Below, one piece after another: positions 20,747 through 30,194 of a stretch of DNA of 40,345 nucleotides; the first letter of the stretch is position 1; each line of letters begins with the position of its first letter. Below the pieces are notes generated by a model that was not told where the DNA came from, ran no database searches, and saw only the letters and a list, made by a program, of their open reading frames with translations. The translations under genes were made by a program, and so were the position numbers. The stretch covers positions 1 through 40,345 of the forward strand of contig JAQTSL010000001.1 of assembly GCA_028711355.1 (NCBI GenBank). Direction: 5' to 3'. This stretch comes from Rhodoferax sp. Lineage in GTDB: Bacteria > Pseudomonadota > Gammaproteobacteria > Burkholderiales > Burkholderiaceae_C.

Positions 20747-22642
20747 ATGATCCGATTTTTCTCACCTCGAACGGTTCTTGGTCGGCTGGAAATTGCCATG
20801 ACCATCCTGGCCGTTGCGGCTACGGTGTCATTTGTAAATCTGGCAATATTTGCGGACAACGCCAGCGGCAAGGCCAATGCCATCAATGTGGCCGGCTCAT
20901 TGCGGATGCAGTCTTATGCGATTGGTTTGGCGCTGACCGACGTCAACCTGCACAACCTTGAGAGGGAACAGGCAGTCCGGGACGCGGTGCTTGAGCTTGA
21001 CCGGCGCCTGAAACATCCGAGCATCGTTGCCGCGATGACAGCCAAAACTGAAGAAACGCTGATGCATTTGTTTTTGCACCTCAGCGGCGAGTGGACACAG
21101 CAGTTGCGCCCGTTGGTACTTGAGGTGGGTGCCCTTCCGGAAACCCCACCGCGTGTCATTGCCAACATTCGCAATTTCGTCGCTGACCTAGATGCCTTTG
21201 TATATCTCCTTGACGTCGCGCTGGAGCGGCAAATTGTGATCCTCAAACTTATCCAGGGGGGCATGCTGCTGCTGATGTTGGTTACCATCTTTGCCGCCAT
21301 TTTTATCCTGCACAAGCAACTCAATACCACCTTGTCAGGCCTGTTGAGCTTCGCTACAGAAGTCAAGAAAGGAGATTTTTCGGTTCGAATGCCGGATGAC
21401 GGCGGTGGTGAATTTTCGGTGTTGTCTGATGCCTTTAATCTAATGGCCGACAACCTTTCCAGTCTGTATGGCACACTTGAAACCCAGGTGGCAGAAAAAA
21501 CCGAGGAACTCAAGCGCAGCCATCACGCCTTGTCCTTGCTATACGACACCGGACGTATGCTTTCTGTCAGGCCGTTGTCATCAGAGCGCTTGCAGCAGGT
21601 TCTCAAGCGGATTGAAACCGACATCAACTTACCCAGTATTGTCATTTGTGCTTTTAATCCGAATCAGCCGCGCGGTTTTCCGCTCGCCGTCAACGATGTT
21701 GATCGGCTCTGCATGAACGGCCACTCACCAAATGAGTGCGCCGCTTGTCATGCATCAACCCAAACCCGGCTGCGGCCCAGCACCACCTGCCCTGATGGAA
21801 AACTGCTGAATGTTGCGCTGATGGACGCTGACAACTATCTCGGAACCATGCTGCTGAAAGTACCAACTGGTACACAACTTGAGCCCTGGCAGCTCGAATT
21901 GCTGGAGGCCGTTGGCCGTCGAATCGGGTCGGCTTTGGCGGGTGTGGAGTTTTCGAAGCAAGAGCGACGAGTCGCCCTTTTTCAGGAACGCACTGCCATG
22001 GCACGCGAACTGCATGATTCACTGGCCCAGTCTTTGTCCTACCTGAAAATCCAGGTCACCCGGCTGGCGCGACTGATCAACACCCAGCAACTCGGTCAGG
22101 CGCACGCTGTCGTGGATGAATTGGATACCGGCTTAAACGACGCTTATCGCCAATTGCGTCAGTTGCTAACCACCTTTCGCATTCAGTATGACGGCACCGG
22201 CCTGAATCAGGCACTGTCGAACATGCATGAAGAATTCAAACAACGCGATCTTGCCGATCTGCACATCAACAACCAGCTGGCAGATATTGATCTGTCGGCC
22301 AATGAACAAATCCATGTGTTGCAGATCATTCGCGAGGCCCTGACCAACGTTGAACACCACGCCCAGACACACAGCGCCTGGGTTACGCTCAAGCGCGATG
22401 ACACCAACTCGGTCGATGTTGTGATTGAGGACGACGGCGTGAGCTATCTCCCGACAACAGCAAAACCCCATCACTACGGTCTCAGCATCATGCGCGAGCG
22501 GGCTGAAATGTTGGGCGGCACCCTCACGGTGTCGCCCCGACCCACTACAGGAACGCAGGTTGAACTGCGCTTTCACCCACAAGTGGTGCAGCAAGAGATC
22601 AAATCGGAACAACGCCTCACACCATTAGAGGAACCCCTATGA
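20747..22642 (+). CDS. narX: Nitrate/nitrite sensor histidine kinase NarX/NarQ
   Basis: P-box AINVAGSLRMQSY, two TM helices, HAMP, central Cys cluster, H-box ARELHDSLAQSL, HYGLSIMRERA. Confidence 0.93.
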   Translation: MIRFFSPRTVLGRLEIAMTILAVAATVSFVNLAIFADNASGKANAINVAGSLRMQSYAIGLALTDVNLHNLEREQAVRDAVLELDRRLKHPSIVAAMTAKTEETLMHLFLHLSGEWTQQLRPLVLEVGALPETPPRVIANIRNFVADLDAFVYLLDVALERQIVILKLIQGGMLLLMLVTIFAAIFILHKQLNTTLSGLLSFATEVKKGDFSVRMPDDGGGEFSVLSDAFNLMADNLSSLYGTLETQVAEKTEELKRSHHALSLLYDTGRMLSVRPLSSERLQQVLKRIETDINLPSIVICAFNPNQPRGFPLAVNDVDRLCMNGHSPNECAACHASTQTRLRPSTTCPDGKLLNVALMDADNYLGTMLLKVPTGTQLEPWQLELLEAVGRRIGSALAGVEFSKQERRVALFQERTAMARELHDSLAQSLSYLKIQVTRLARLINTQQLGQAHAVVDELDTGLNDAYRQLRQLLTTFRIQYDGTGLNQALSNMHEEFKQRDLADLHINNQLADIDLSANEQIHVLQIIREALTNVEHHAQTHSAWVTLKRDDTNSVDVVIEDDGVSYLPTTAKPHHYGLSIMRERAEMLGGTLTVSPRPTTGTQVELRFHPQVVQQEIKSEQRLTPLEEPL

Positions 22643-23277
22643 ATGCGAGTTCAGTGGTCATCATCGACAACCACCCCTTGTTTCGTCAAGGCATACGTCA
22701 ACTGCTGGCGTTGGAGCCAAGCCTGGACGTGGTGGCTGAAGCTTCCAGTGGTGAGGAAGGTATTCGGCTGGTGTTGCAGCACAAGCCCGACCTGGTACTG
22801 CTGGACCTGAACATGAAAGGCCTCGGTGGCCTGAAGACACTTGAAGCCATCAAAAGTCATCGACCCGAAACGATGGTCGTCATCCTGACCGTATCGGACG
22901 AATCCACCGATCTGGTAGCCACCATCCGCGCCGGTGCTAATGGCTATCTGCTCAAAGACATGGAACCCGAGGAATTGTTGCTGTCCATCAAGGACGCAGT
23001 GGCCGGCAAGACCGTCATTTCTGCCGAATTGACCGGCCAATTGGCCAAGGCCTTGCATCAGGAGAGCGCCACCAAGAACCGCAGTGTCAAGGAGCTCACC
23101 GAACGCGAAATGCAAATTCTGCATGGTTTGGCCGATGGCAAGAGCAACAAGCTGATCGCCCGAGATATGGACATCACCGAAGGAACGGTGAAGGTGCATG
23201 TCAAGAATCTTTTGCAGAAGCTCAACTTACATTCGCGCGTCGAAGCAGCCATCTGGTGCGTGTCCAACAAGATTTGA
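22639..23277 (+). CDS. narL: Response regulator NarL
   Basis: Receiver LLDLNM and LuxR HTH LTERE...SNKLIAR...TEGTVKVHVK; ATGA overlap with narX. Confidence 0.93.
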   Translation: MNASSVVIIDNHPLFRQGIRQLLALEPSLDVVAEASSGEEGIRLVLQHKPDLVLLDLNMKGLGGLKTLEAIKSHRPETMVVILTVSDESTDLVATIRAGANGYLLKDMEPEELLLSIKDAVAGKTVISAELTGQLAKALHQESATKNRSVKELTEREMQILHGLADGKSNKLIARDMDITEGTVKVHVKNLLQKLNLHSRVEAAIWCVSNKI

Positions 23278-23338
23278 GACTTGGGGTCCGGCCACCTGCC
23301 AGTTGCTGTCTTGGTGTGTTGACGCCAGGGCAATAGGT

Positions 23339-23488
23339 GTACCTCTTATTTTCCGCGAAGTCTTTTTTTCCACTGCCAAGCTGATCCGAGACCGGCCTCT
23401 GATGTAAGCGCTTGTTACAGGCGTAGCCATGACGCAGTTCAGCCATGGTCATGGCACTCGACGCTACTTCTTTGTGGGTAGCTGACGC
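23339..23488 (+). promoter_or_regulatory. Second copy of the three-box NarL promoter, upstream of cytochrome c
   Basis: GTACCTCTTATTTTCCGC (23339-23356), GTAAGCGCTTGTTACAGGCG (23404-23423), GC-TACTTCT-TT-GTGGGTA-GCTGACGC (23463-23488). Confidence 0.75.
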
Positions 23489-23581
23489 GTCAACACCCCA
23501 TTCCTAACCCATTGCCTTGGTGAATTTTGTCACTAGACTGGCGCTCAGGTTATGCACTTTTCACTCTTGAAGGAGCCTCTC

Positions 23582-23890
23582 ATGAAACACTTGTTATTGA
23601 CTTTAGTTGCCACAGTCGCCGTATCAATCCCCGCCTTGGCCAGCCAGGAATTGGCCGACGCCAACAAATGCAAGAAGTGTCACCACGTTGATATCGTCAA
23701 GGACGGCCCCAGCTTCAAGCAAATTGCCAAAAAATACGTCGGCCAGGATGGTATTGCCAATAAACTTGTCAACAAGGTCATGAAAGGCAGCTCCGGAGTT
23801 TGGGGCAAGGAGAATGAAATGCCTGAAAACAAGAAAATCACCAAAGAGGATGCCAAGACCATCGTCGAATGGATACTGACTCTCAAGTAG
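23582..23890 (+). CDS. Periplasmic cytochrome c551/c552 (class I)
   Basis: Signal peptide, CKKCH, GPSFKQIA, GVWG..MP, WILTL; AAGGAG RBS. Confidence 0.9.
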   Translation: MKHLLLTLVATVAVSIPALASQELADANKCKKCHHVDIVKDGPSFKQIAKKYVGQDGIANKLVNKVMKGSSGVWGKENEMPENKKITKEDAKTIVEWILTLK

Positions 23891-23897
23891 ATCGATG

Positions 23898-23937
23898 CGG
23901 ACCAGCCACTTGGTCGTAGCAGCTGGTCTGTTTTTTT
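23898..23937 (+). terminator. Rho-independent terminator
   Basis: CGGACCAGC...GCTGGTCTG stem followed by T7, directly after the cytochrome c stop. Confidence 0.7.
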
Positions 23938-23983
23938 GACATGCTGGCCCGTATCCGTCGGTTGATCACGTTTGCTTCAAGTC

Positions 23984-24457
23984 ATGTCATCTACGGTTAC
24001 CACGGCGCTGCGTATTCTGGTGGTCGATGATCACGCCTTGTATCGCCGTGGATTGACGGCATTGCTGGCGCATGATCCACAGATTTCCGTGGTGGGTGAC
24101 GCTGCAGATGCCGGGCAGGCACTGCAACAGACCCATGACCTGCAACCCGACGTGATCCTGCTGGACCAGAACATGCCTGGAGTGAACGGGATTCAAGCGA
24201 TACCGTCACTGCTGGCAGCGGCACCCAGAGCGCATATCCTGATGCTCACTAGCAGCGAGGATCAGGACGACCTGCACGCCGCTCTGGAGGCTGGTGCCAG
24301 CGGCTATCTTCTTAAAAGCATGAAGTGCACTGACCTCACCGCTGCCGTACATCAGGTCTGTTTGAGCGGCCTTGTCATCGCCCCTGAGATGGTGGACGCA
24401 CTGGCGAGCGCACACAACACGGCGACGTCTGGCACTTTCCTAAAAGGCAATTCATGA
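23984..24457 (+). CDS. NarL-like response regulator, receiver domain only
   Basis: ILVVDDH, ILLDQNMPG, MLTSS, GYLLK; ends where the LuxR HTH would begin; stop overlaps the next start (ATGA). Confidence 0.75.
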   Translation: MSSTVTTALRILVVDDHALYRRGLTALLAHDPQISVVGDAADAGQALQQTHDLQPDVILLDQNMPGVNGIQAIPSLLAAAPRAHILMLTSSEDQDDLHAALEAGASGYLLKSMKCTDLTAAVHQVCLSGLVIAPEMVDALASAHNTATSGTFLKGNS

Positions 24458-25104
24458 AAAATTCGTTCTTTTATCAACCCGTAGAAATGTCCGGGGGCAG
24501 CCAAATATGGCCGACGGCGCCAGAGCCGCGCACTGAAGGTCAATATGCCGACACCTTGATCAGTTCACGACAGAACGTGTCGCCAAAACGGCTGGTGGAA
24601 CCCGGCCCCGACGCTGAACAGATGGGGTTGTTTTTCAAAGCAGCGGCAACGGCACCCGACCATGGCTTGGCCATGCCCTGGCGCTTTGTCATCATTCCAG
24701 CACATCGACGCGACCAACTGGCCCAAGCCTTTGCGTTGGCTTTGATCGACCGTGATCCCGGCGCGACCCTGGCGCAAATGGACGCCGCACGGGAAAAGGC
24801 ACAACGCGCACCCTGCTTGCTGTTGGCCGTGGCAAGACTGGGGTTTTGCGAACCATCCATACCCGCACTTGAGCAACTGGTGTCATTCGGGGCGGCCATC
24901 CAGAACTTGCTGCTGAGTGCCCATGGCCACGGTTTTGGCTGCGGCCTGACCAGTGGTCAAGCCATGAAAAGCCGACGCATCCGCGACCTGTTTCAACTCA
25001 CCGAGGGCGAGGAGGCAGTTTGTTTTATCAACATTGGCACCATCTCCAAACAAAAAATGCCTCGTCTGCGGCCAGATGCCTCGGCTTTTGTCAGCAGCCT
25101 TTGA
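24454..25104 (+). CDS. Nitroreductase-family protein (YdjA-like)
   Basis: SRQNVSPKRL..PGP, APDHG...PWRF, GAAIQNLLL.AH..GFG..LTSG. Confidence 0.85.
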   Translation: MKNSFFYQPVEMSGGSQIWPTAPEPRTEGQYADTLISSRQNVSPKRLVEPGPDAEQMGLFFKAAATAPDHGLAMPWRFVIIPAHRRDQLAQAFALALIDRDPGATLAQMDAAREKAQRAPCLLLAVARLGFCEPSIPALEQLVSFGAAIQNLLLSAHGHGFGCGLTSGQAMKSRRIRDLFQLTEGEEAVCFINIGTISKQKMPRLRPDASAFVSSL

Positions 25105-25126
25105 ACCACACAACGAGCCAATCACC

Positions 25127-26266
25127 GTGCGCACCATTCCCATCCTTGATCAACGTGACTACCTACCCTCGCTGCCAGGTTCTGACGACGCAGACAGGTT
25201 AGCGGATCACCCCACCGACAGTTTTGACAGGCCGCTGCAAGTGCTGTGTATCAGCGTCACCGACCGCAGTAACCACAAACCCATTGACGGTTACTCTCAG
25301 GCCGCTCTGGCACCCGATGGCCTGCCTTTGCCGCGTTCCTCGTTGTTGTCTTTTGAGGAAATCACGCACCTTGCGCAGCAGTTTGTGACGCAGGGTGTCA
25401 AAAAAATCCGACTGACCGGTGGTGAACCGCTAGTGCGCAGAAATATTGAAACACTCGTGGCGCAGCTCGCTGCCTTGCGCACGCCGGATGGTGCCCAGGT
25501 AGAAATCGCGCTGACCACCAATGGTTCCCTGCTTTCACACCGGGCGCAGTCGCTCAAAGAAGCCGGCCTACAGCAAGTGACGGTCAAGCTCGACGGCTTG
25601 GATGAGGAGGTTGTCCGGCGACTGAATCACACGGATGTTTCTGTCGCTGAGGTTTTGGCCGGGCTAACGGTAGCCCACGATGCCGGATTCGACAATCTCA
25701 CCATCAACATGGTGATCAAACGTGGCGTCAATGAGCAGGAAATCCTGCCGATGGCGCGTTATTTTCAAGGCACGGGCACGACCTTGCGGCTCATCGAATC
25801 CTCCAACGTGGATGCCAGTGACAAATGGTGCGTCGATGAAGTGCTGTCCAGCGCCGATGTGGTCAGCCGCATTCATCAGGTCATGCCACTGGTGGCACTG
25901 GCCCCTGACCACGCCAGCGCAACGGCCGAAATGTGGGGCTATGCGGGAGCAGACGGACAGCATGATCCACGTCTTGGCGAAATCGGCGTCATCAGCAGCG
26001 TGTCCAACCCCTTTTGCGGCATCTGCAACCGGGCACGACTTTCGGCCCAGGGACGACTCACGCTGTGCTCGTTTGCCACGGATAGTCATGATCTTGCCAG
26101 TCTGATCCGCCAGTCTGGTGGCGTCACCGATCGTCAACTACAGCATCAGATTGCCAAAATTTGGCGTTCGCGCTCTGATTGTCCGTCGGAAAAACGCACC
26201 AACGCGCTTGTGACCGAACGAGCCCATCTGGCGTTGGTCGGCAAAGCCAGCACCCTTGCGGTTTAA
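25127..26266 (+). CDS. Degenerate MoaA (GTP 3',8-cyclase) homologue lacking the radical-SAM cysteines
   Basis: Keeps ISVTDR, KIRLTGGEPL, TTNG and FCGICNRARL...LC, but CxxxCxxC reads SNHKPIDG and there is no C-terminal GG. The start is uncertain (GTG 25127 chosen). Confidence 0.75.
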   Translation: MRTIPILDQRDYLPSLPGSDDADRLADHPTDSFDRPLQVLCISVTDRSNHKPIDGYSQAALAPDGLPLPRSSLLSFEEITHLAQQFVTQGVKKIRLTGGEPLVRRNIETLVAQLAALRTPDGAQVEIALTTNGSLLSHRAQSLKEAGLQQVTVKLDGLDEEVVRRLNHTDVSVAEVLAGLTVAHDAGFDNLTINMVIKRGVNEQEILPMARYFQGTGTTLRLIESSNVDASDKWCVDEVLSSADVVSRIHQVMPLVALAPDHASATAEMWGYAGADGQHDPRLGEIGVISSVSNPFCGICNRARLSAQGRLTLCSFATDSHDLASLIRQSGGVTDRQLQHQIAKIWRSRSDCPSEKRTNALVTERAHLALVGKASTLAV

Positions 26267-26310
26267 CCGAGATTGTCCCTATCGCGGCATGGGTGATGGG
26301 GTCGTAGCAA

Positions 26311-26350
26311 TAGTTCCTTGGAACTAGGCCTGTAGCGCCGCCCTAGTTCC
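26311..26350 (+). promoter_or_regulatory. 7-2-7 inverted heptamer site plus a third heptamer upstream of narK1
   Basis: TAGTTCC-TT-GGAACTA (26311-26326) and TAGTTCC (26344-26350). Confidence 0.65.
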
Positions 26351-26439
26351 AATGCAGGCGCGCACTCGTTCTACAGAGCAATTTCTTTTTAACAAGTCCC
26401 AACCTAAAGTCACTCATCCCAAAAACCGGAGTGCGTGAC

Positions 26440-27693
26440 ATGACAAAAAAAGGACAGGCGTTGTCGGTGCTGATTGCCAGCACCTTCGCCTTCACCGTGT
26501 GTTTCATGGTGTGGATGATGTTTGCCGTGATCGGCATTCCAATCAAAAAAGCGTTGGATCTCAACTCAACCCAGGCCGGGCTGCTGATGGCCATGCCGGT
26601 GCTTACTGGCTCGCTGATTCGCGTGCCGCTGGGTATCTGGACGGACAAGTTTGGCGGGCGCATTGTGTTTGCCGTGTTGATGGCCTGCACCGTGCCCGCC
26701 ATCTGGCTCATGACCTACGCCACCGCCTACTGGCATTACCTGGTGATTGGCCTGTTTGTCGGGCTGGCTGGTGGCTCGTTTTCGGTCGGCACGCCGTATG
26801 TGGCGCGCTGGTTTCCGAAGAAACAGCAAGGCTTTGCCATGGGCATTTTTGGCATGGGCAACGCCGGGGCGGCGCTCAACAAATTTGTGGCGCCGGCCAT
26901 TGTGGTGGGCTTTGGCTGGACCATGGTGCCCAAGGTCTATGCACTGATCATGCTCGGCACGGTCATCATGTTCTGGTTTTTTTCGCACAGCGATCCGGCG
27001 CACCACGCGGCCAAACAAGTGCCTTTTATGGCGCAGCTCAAAGCCCTGAAAGACCCCACCGTTTTCAAATATTGCCAGTACTACAGCATTGTGTTTGGTG
27101 GCTACGTGGCGCTGAGCTTATGGATGGTGCAGTACTACGTGGGCGAATTTGGCCTGGACATTCGCACCGCCGCCCTGCTGGCCGCCTGCTTCTCGTTGCC
27201 GGGTGGTGTGCTGCGCGCCTTTGGTGGCTGGCTGTCTGACAAATACGGCGCGCATTCCATGACCTGGTGGGTGCTGTGGGTGAGCTGGATTTGCCTGTTC
27301 CTGCTGAGCTACCCGCAAACCGATTTGACCATCACCACGGTGAACGGCCCGCAAACGTTTCACATCGGCCTGAATGTTTATCTGTTCACCATTTTGATGT
27401 TCACGCTGGGCGTGGCCTGGGGCTTTGGCAAGGCCAGCGTGTTCAAGTACATCAGCGACGACTACCACCACAACATCGGTGCCGTCAGCGGCATTGTGGG
27501 TCTGGCCGGTGGCATGGGCGGTTTCCTGCTGCCGATCATGTTTGGCGGCCTGATGGATCTCACCGGCATCCGCTCCAGCGCCTTCATGCTGATGTACGGC
27601 GTGGTCTGGGTGTCGCTGATCTGGATGTACTGGACAGAAGTGCGCACCAAAGAATATATGCAGCAACCCGTCCCTGCCACTGCTCAAGCCTGA
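26440..27693 (+). CDS. narK: NarK1-type nitrate transporter
   Basis: STFAFTVCFMVW, PVLTGSLIR, GGSFSVG, FGMGNAG, VFGGYVAL, GFGKASVFK. Confidence 0.93.
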   Translation: MTKKGQALSVLIASTFAFTVCFMVWMMFAVIGIPIKKALDLNSTQAGLLMAMPVLTGSLIRVPLGIWTDKFGGRIVFAVLMACTVPAIWLMTYATAYWHYLVIGLFVGLAGGSFSVGTPYVARWFPKKQQGFAMGIFGMGNAGAALNKFVAPAIVVGFGWTMVPKVYALIMLGTVIMFWFFSHSDPAHHAAKQVPFMAQLKALKDPTVFKYCQYYSIVFGGYVALSLWMVQYYVGEFGLDIRTAALLAACFSLPGGVLRAFGGWLSDKYGAHSMTWWVLWVSWICLFLLSYPQTDLTITTVNGPQTFHIGLNVYLFTILMFTLGVAWGFGKASVFKYISDDYHHNIGAVSGIVGLAGGMGGFLLPIMFGGLMDLTGIRSSAFMLMYGVVWVSLIWMYWTEVRTKEYMQQPVPATAQA

Positions 27694-27714
27694 CCCTCAA
27701 CCCGGAGAATACCC

Positions 27715-29343
27715 ATGGCCACCCCAACCTATTCCAAAGCCGACATTGCCGACTGGCAACCCGAAGACACCGTGTTCTGGGACAGCAAAGGCAAGTCCAT
27801 TGCCAACCGCAATCTGTGGATTTCCATCCCCAACCTGCTGGTGGCGTTTGCCGTCTGGCTGATGTGGGGCATCATCACGGTGCAAATGTTGAACCTGGGC
27901 TTTCCGTTCAAACCGGCGGACATGTTCACGCTGACCGCCATCTCCGGGCTGATGGGTGCCACCTTTCGCATCCCAGCCTCGTTCTTCATTCGCCTCTCGG
28001 GCGGACGCAACACCATCTTTTTGACCTCGGCACTCTTGATGATTCCGGCCATCTGGACCGGCATTGCGCTGCAAGACAAAACCACGCCACTGTGGGTGTT
28101 TCAGGCCTGCGCCTTTCTGAGCGGCATTGGTGGCGGCAACTTTGCCTGCTCCATGTCCAACATCAGCGGCTTTTTCCCCAAGCGCCTGCAAGGCACGGCG
28201 CTGGGCTTGAACGCGGGCTTGGGCAACTTTGGCGTGACCACCATGCAGGTGCTGATTCCACTGGTCATGACGGTGGGCGTGTTCGGATCCATGGCCGGTG
28301 GCTCGATGGTGCTGGCCAAGGACAGCGGCTGGATCATGGGCAAGATTCTGGCGGGTACACCCACCTTCATTCAAAACGCCGGCTTTGTCTGGGCTGCGCT
28401 GCTGCTGCCGATGGTGATTGCCGCCTGGGTTGGCATGAACAACCTGCTGCCGCTCTCGCCCAACTACGGCGGCACGGCCGCTGCACTGGGCAAGATTTTG
28501 TACCTGTGGGGCATCACCTGCGTGATTGGGGTGGTTGGCCTGTACCTGTACCTGCCTGCGCCCAGCGGCCTGGGGTTGCTCAACATGTGGGTCGCCTTGC
28601 CACTGATCATTGGCGCGATGGTGCTGGCCATGAAGCTGGCCGCGTTTGGTGAAATGAAGGGCAACATTGCCAAGCAGTTTGAGATTTTCAAGAACAAACA
28701 CACCTGGTCATTGACCGCGCTGTATTTGGTCACCTTCGGCTCGTTCATTGGGTTCTCGATGGCGCTGCCGCTGTCGATTTCGGTCATCTTTGGCATCAGC
28801 CACGTGCCTGATGCCGCCGGCGTGATGCAGCACACGCTGAAAAACCCCAACGCCCCATCCGCCCTGACCTACGCCTGGATCGGCCCGTTTGTGGGCGCAT
28901 TGATTCGCCCGGTGGGCGGCTGGATTGCCGACAAGGTAGGCGGCAGCATCGTCACGCAAATCATCTCGGCCATCATGGTGGTGGCCTCGGCGGGCACGGG
29001 TTACATGATGATGCAAGCCTATGGCTCGGCCACACCCGAGCAATATTTTCAACCTTTCATGTGGCTGTTTGTGCTGCTGTTTGCCGCCAGCGGCATTGGC
29101 AACGGCTCCACCTTCCGCACCGTACGCGTGATTTTTGATCGCCAGCAAGCCGGACCAGTGCTGGGCTGGACCTCGGCCGTAGCGGCCTACGGTGCCTTCA
29201 TTGCCCCGGTGGTGATTGGCCAGCAGATCAAGGCTGGTACGCCGCAGATCGCCATGTACGGCTTTGCCATCTTTTACGCCCTGTGTCTGGTGCTGAACTG
29301 GTGGTTTTATTTGCGCGCAGGGTCTGAGATCAAGAACCCGTGA
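27715..29343 (+). CDS. narK: NarK2-type nitrate/nitrite antiporter
   Basis: WQPED..FW, ANRNLWISIP, GGGNF, GIGNGSTF; in tandem with narK1. Confidence 0.93.
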   Translation: MATPTYSKADIADWQPEDTVFWDSKGKSIANRNLWISIPNLLVAFAVWLMWGIITVQMLNLGFPFKPADMFTLTAISGLMGATFRIPASFFIRLSGGRNTIFLTSALLMIPAIWTGIALQDKTTPLWVFQACAFLSGIGGGNFACSMSNISGFFPKRLQGTALGLNAGLGNFGVTTMQVLIPLVMTVGVFGSMAGGSMVLAKDSGWIMGKILAGTPTFIQNAGFVWAALLLPMVIAAWVGMNNLLPLSPNYGGTAAALGKILYLWGITCVIGVVGLYLYLPAPSGLGLLNMWVALPLIIGAMVLAMKLAAFGEMKGNIAKQFEIFKNKHTWSLTALYLVTFGSFIGFSMALPLSISVIFGISHVPDAAGVMQHTLKNPNAPSALTYAWIGPFVGALIRPVGGWIADKVGGSIVTQIISAIMVVASAGTGYMMMQAYGSATPEQYFQPFMWLFVLLFAASGIGNGSTFRTVRVIFDRQQAGPVLGWTSAVAAYGAFIAPVVIGQQIKAGTPQIAMYGFAIFYALCLVLNWWFYLRAGSEIKNP

Positions 29344-29399
29344 GCATTGCGAATCGGGTGCAATTGGAAGGATGAGGCTCGATCATTGAAGATTGGCCA

Positions 29400-29693
29400 T
29401 CAATGACGACCGGTGGCAAAACCGGGTCGTTGGCGTTGATGGCGAACGATCAGTATTCGGAGATGCTCGTCTTCAATACGATAGACAAGCGAAAACGGAA
29501 AGCCCTTGAGCGGATAACTTCGCCGTCGTTTTGCGATCGGCGTACCAAATCCAGGGTTGACCAACAGAAGTTGGATCACCCGTTCAAGTTCAAAGGTAAA
29601 GCGTGATGCAACTGCAATACCAGCCTGCTGAAGGTAGTAATCTTGCGCAGCCCTCACATCCCCAATCGCCAGGTCGTGAAAAGAATATTTCAC
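29400..29693 (-). CDS. RelE/ParE-family toxin
   Basis: 97 aa; YY...G...F..E...I..L..NP..G...RR....FPFSLVY...RIL.V.HQRQRPG pattern; start overlaps the antitoxin stop. Confidence 0.82.
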   Translation of the reverse strand: MKYSFHDLAIGDVRAAQDYYLQQAGIAVASRFTFELERVIQLLLVNPGFGTPIAKRRRSYPLKGFPFSLVYRIEDEHLRILIVRHQRQRPGFATGRH

Positions 29694-29917
29694 GGTGTCA
29701 GCCTGGCGCTGAGCTGCCGCATAGCCTCGTCACCAGGAATCCAATGTGACCGCCCTGCCGCAATATCCGCCTCGCGCTGATCTGCCAGTTGTTCCCAGGC
29801 GGCCTCCACCTCCAGGTCAGAGTCAAGGCTGGTGATGAGCCGCTCAAGTAACTGATTTCGTTCCGCAGGCGTGAGCTGCATGGCTTGAGCTTGTACGTAT
29901 TCAAGTTGGCTGGGCAT
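29690..29917 (-). CDS. Putative addiction-module antitoxin
   Basis: 75 aa; A.QL.P.ER..L...L..SLD...EAAW....R....G...IPG pattern; upstream of and coupled to the toxin. Confidence 0.8.
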   Translation of the reverse strand: MPSQLEYVQAQAMQLTPAERNQLLERLITSLDSDLEVEAAWEQLADQREADIAAGRSHWIPGDEAMRQLSARLTP

Positions 29918-30166
29918 AAAACCTCCGGTAACGAAAACATGGAATCTTTGGGCTAAATCATAGCGGCTTGTGAAGTGCTCGAGCCACCTTCTTTGGTTTA
30001 TGCGGACTGTCATGCCGCCGCATCCTTTTGTTTAGCCATAAGCAGAAAATCCATCGCTTGAAACGAGCTGCCTCAAAATGCGTAGCGGATTGCTATCGGC
30101 ACAAAACACTGTGAATCGCACCCAATCGGACCCCAGCATACGCTGTCATTGATATGCACCTATACT

Positions 30167-30186
30167 AAGTAATTGTGTAATTACTT
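30167..30186. promoter_or_regulatory. Probable TetR operator palindrome
   Basis: AAGTAATT-GTGT-AATTACTT, ending 8 bp before the tetR ATG. Confidence 0.65.
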
Positions 30187-30194
30187 TAGTATTC

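Noticed and set aside
23452-23466. TGGCAC as a sigma54 -24 element
   Set aside because: The GC lies 8 bp, not 10 bp, after the GG.
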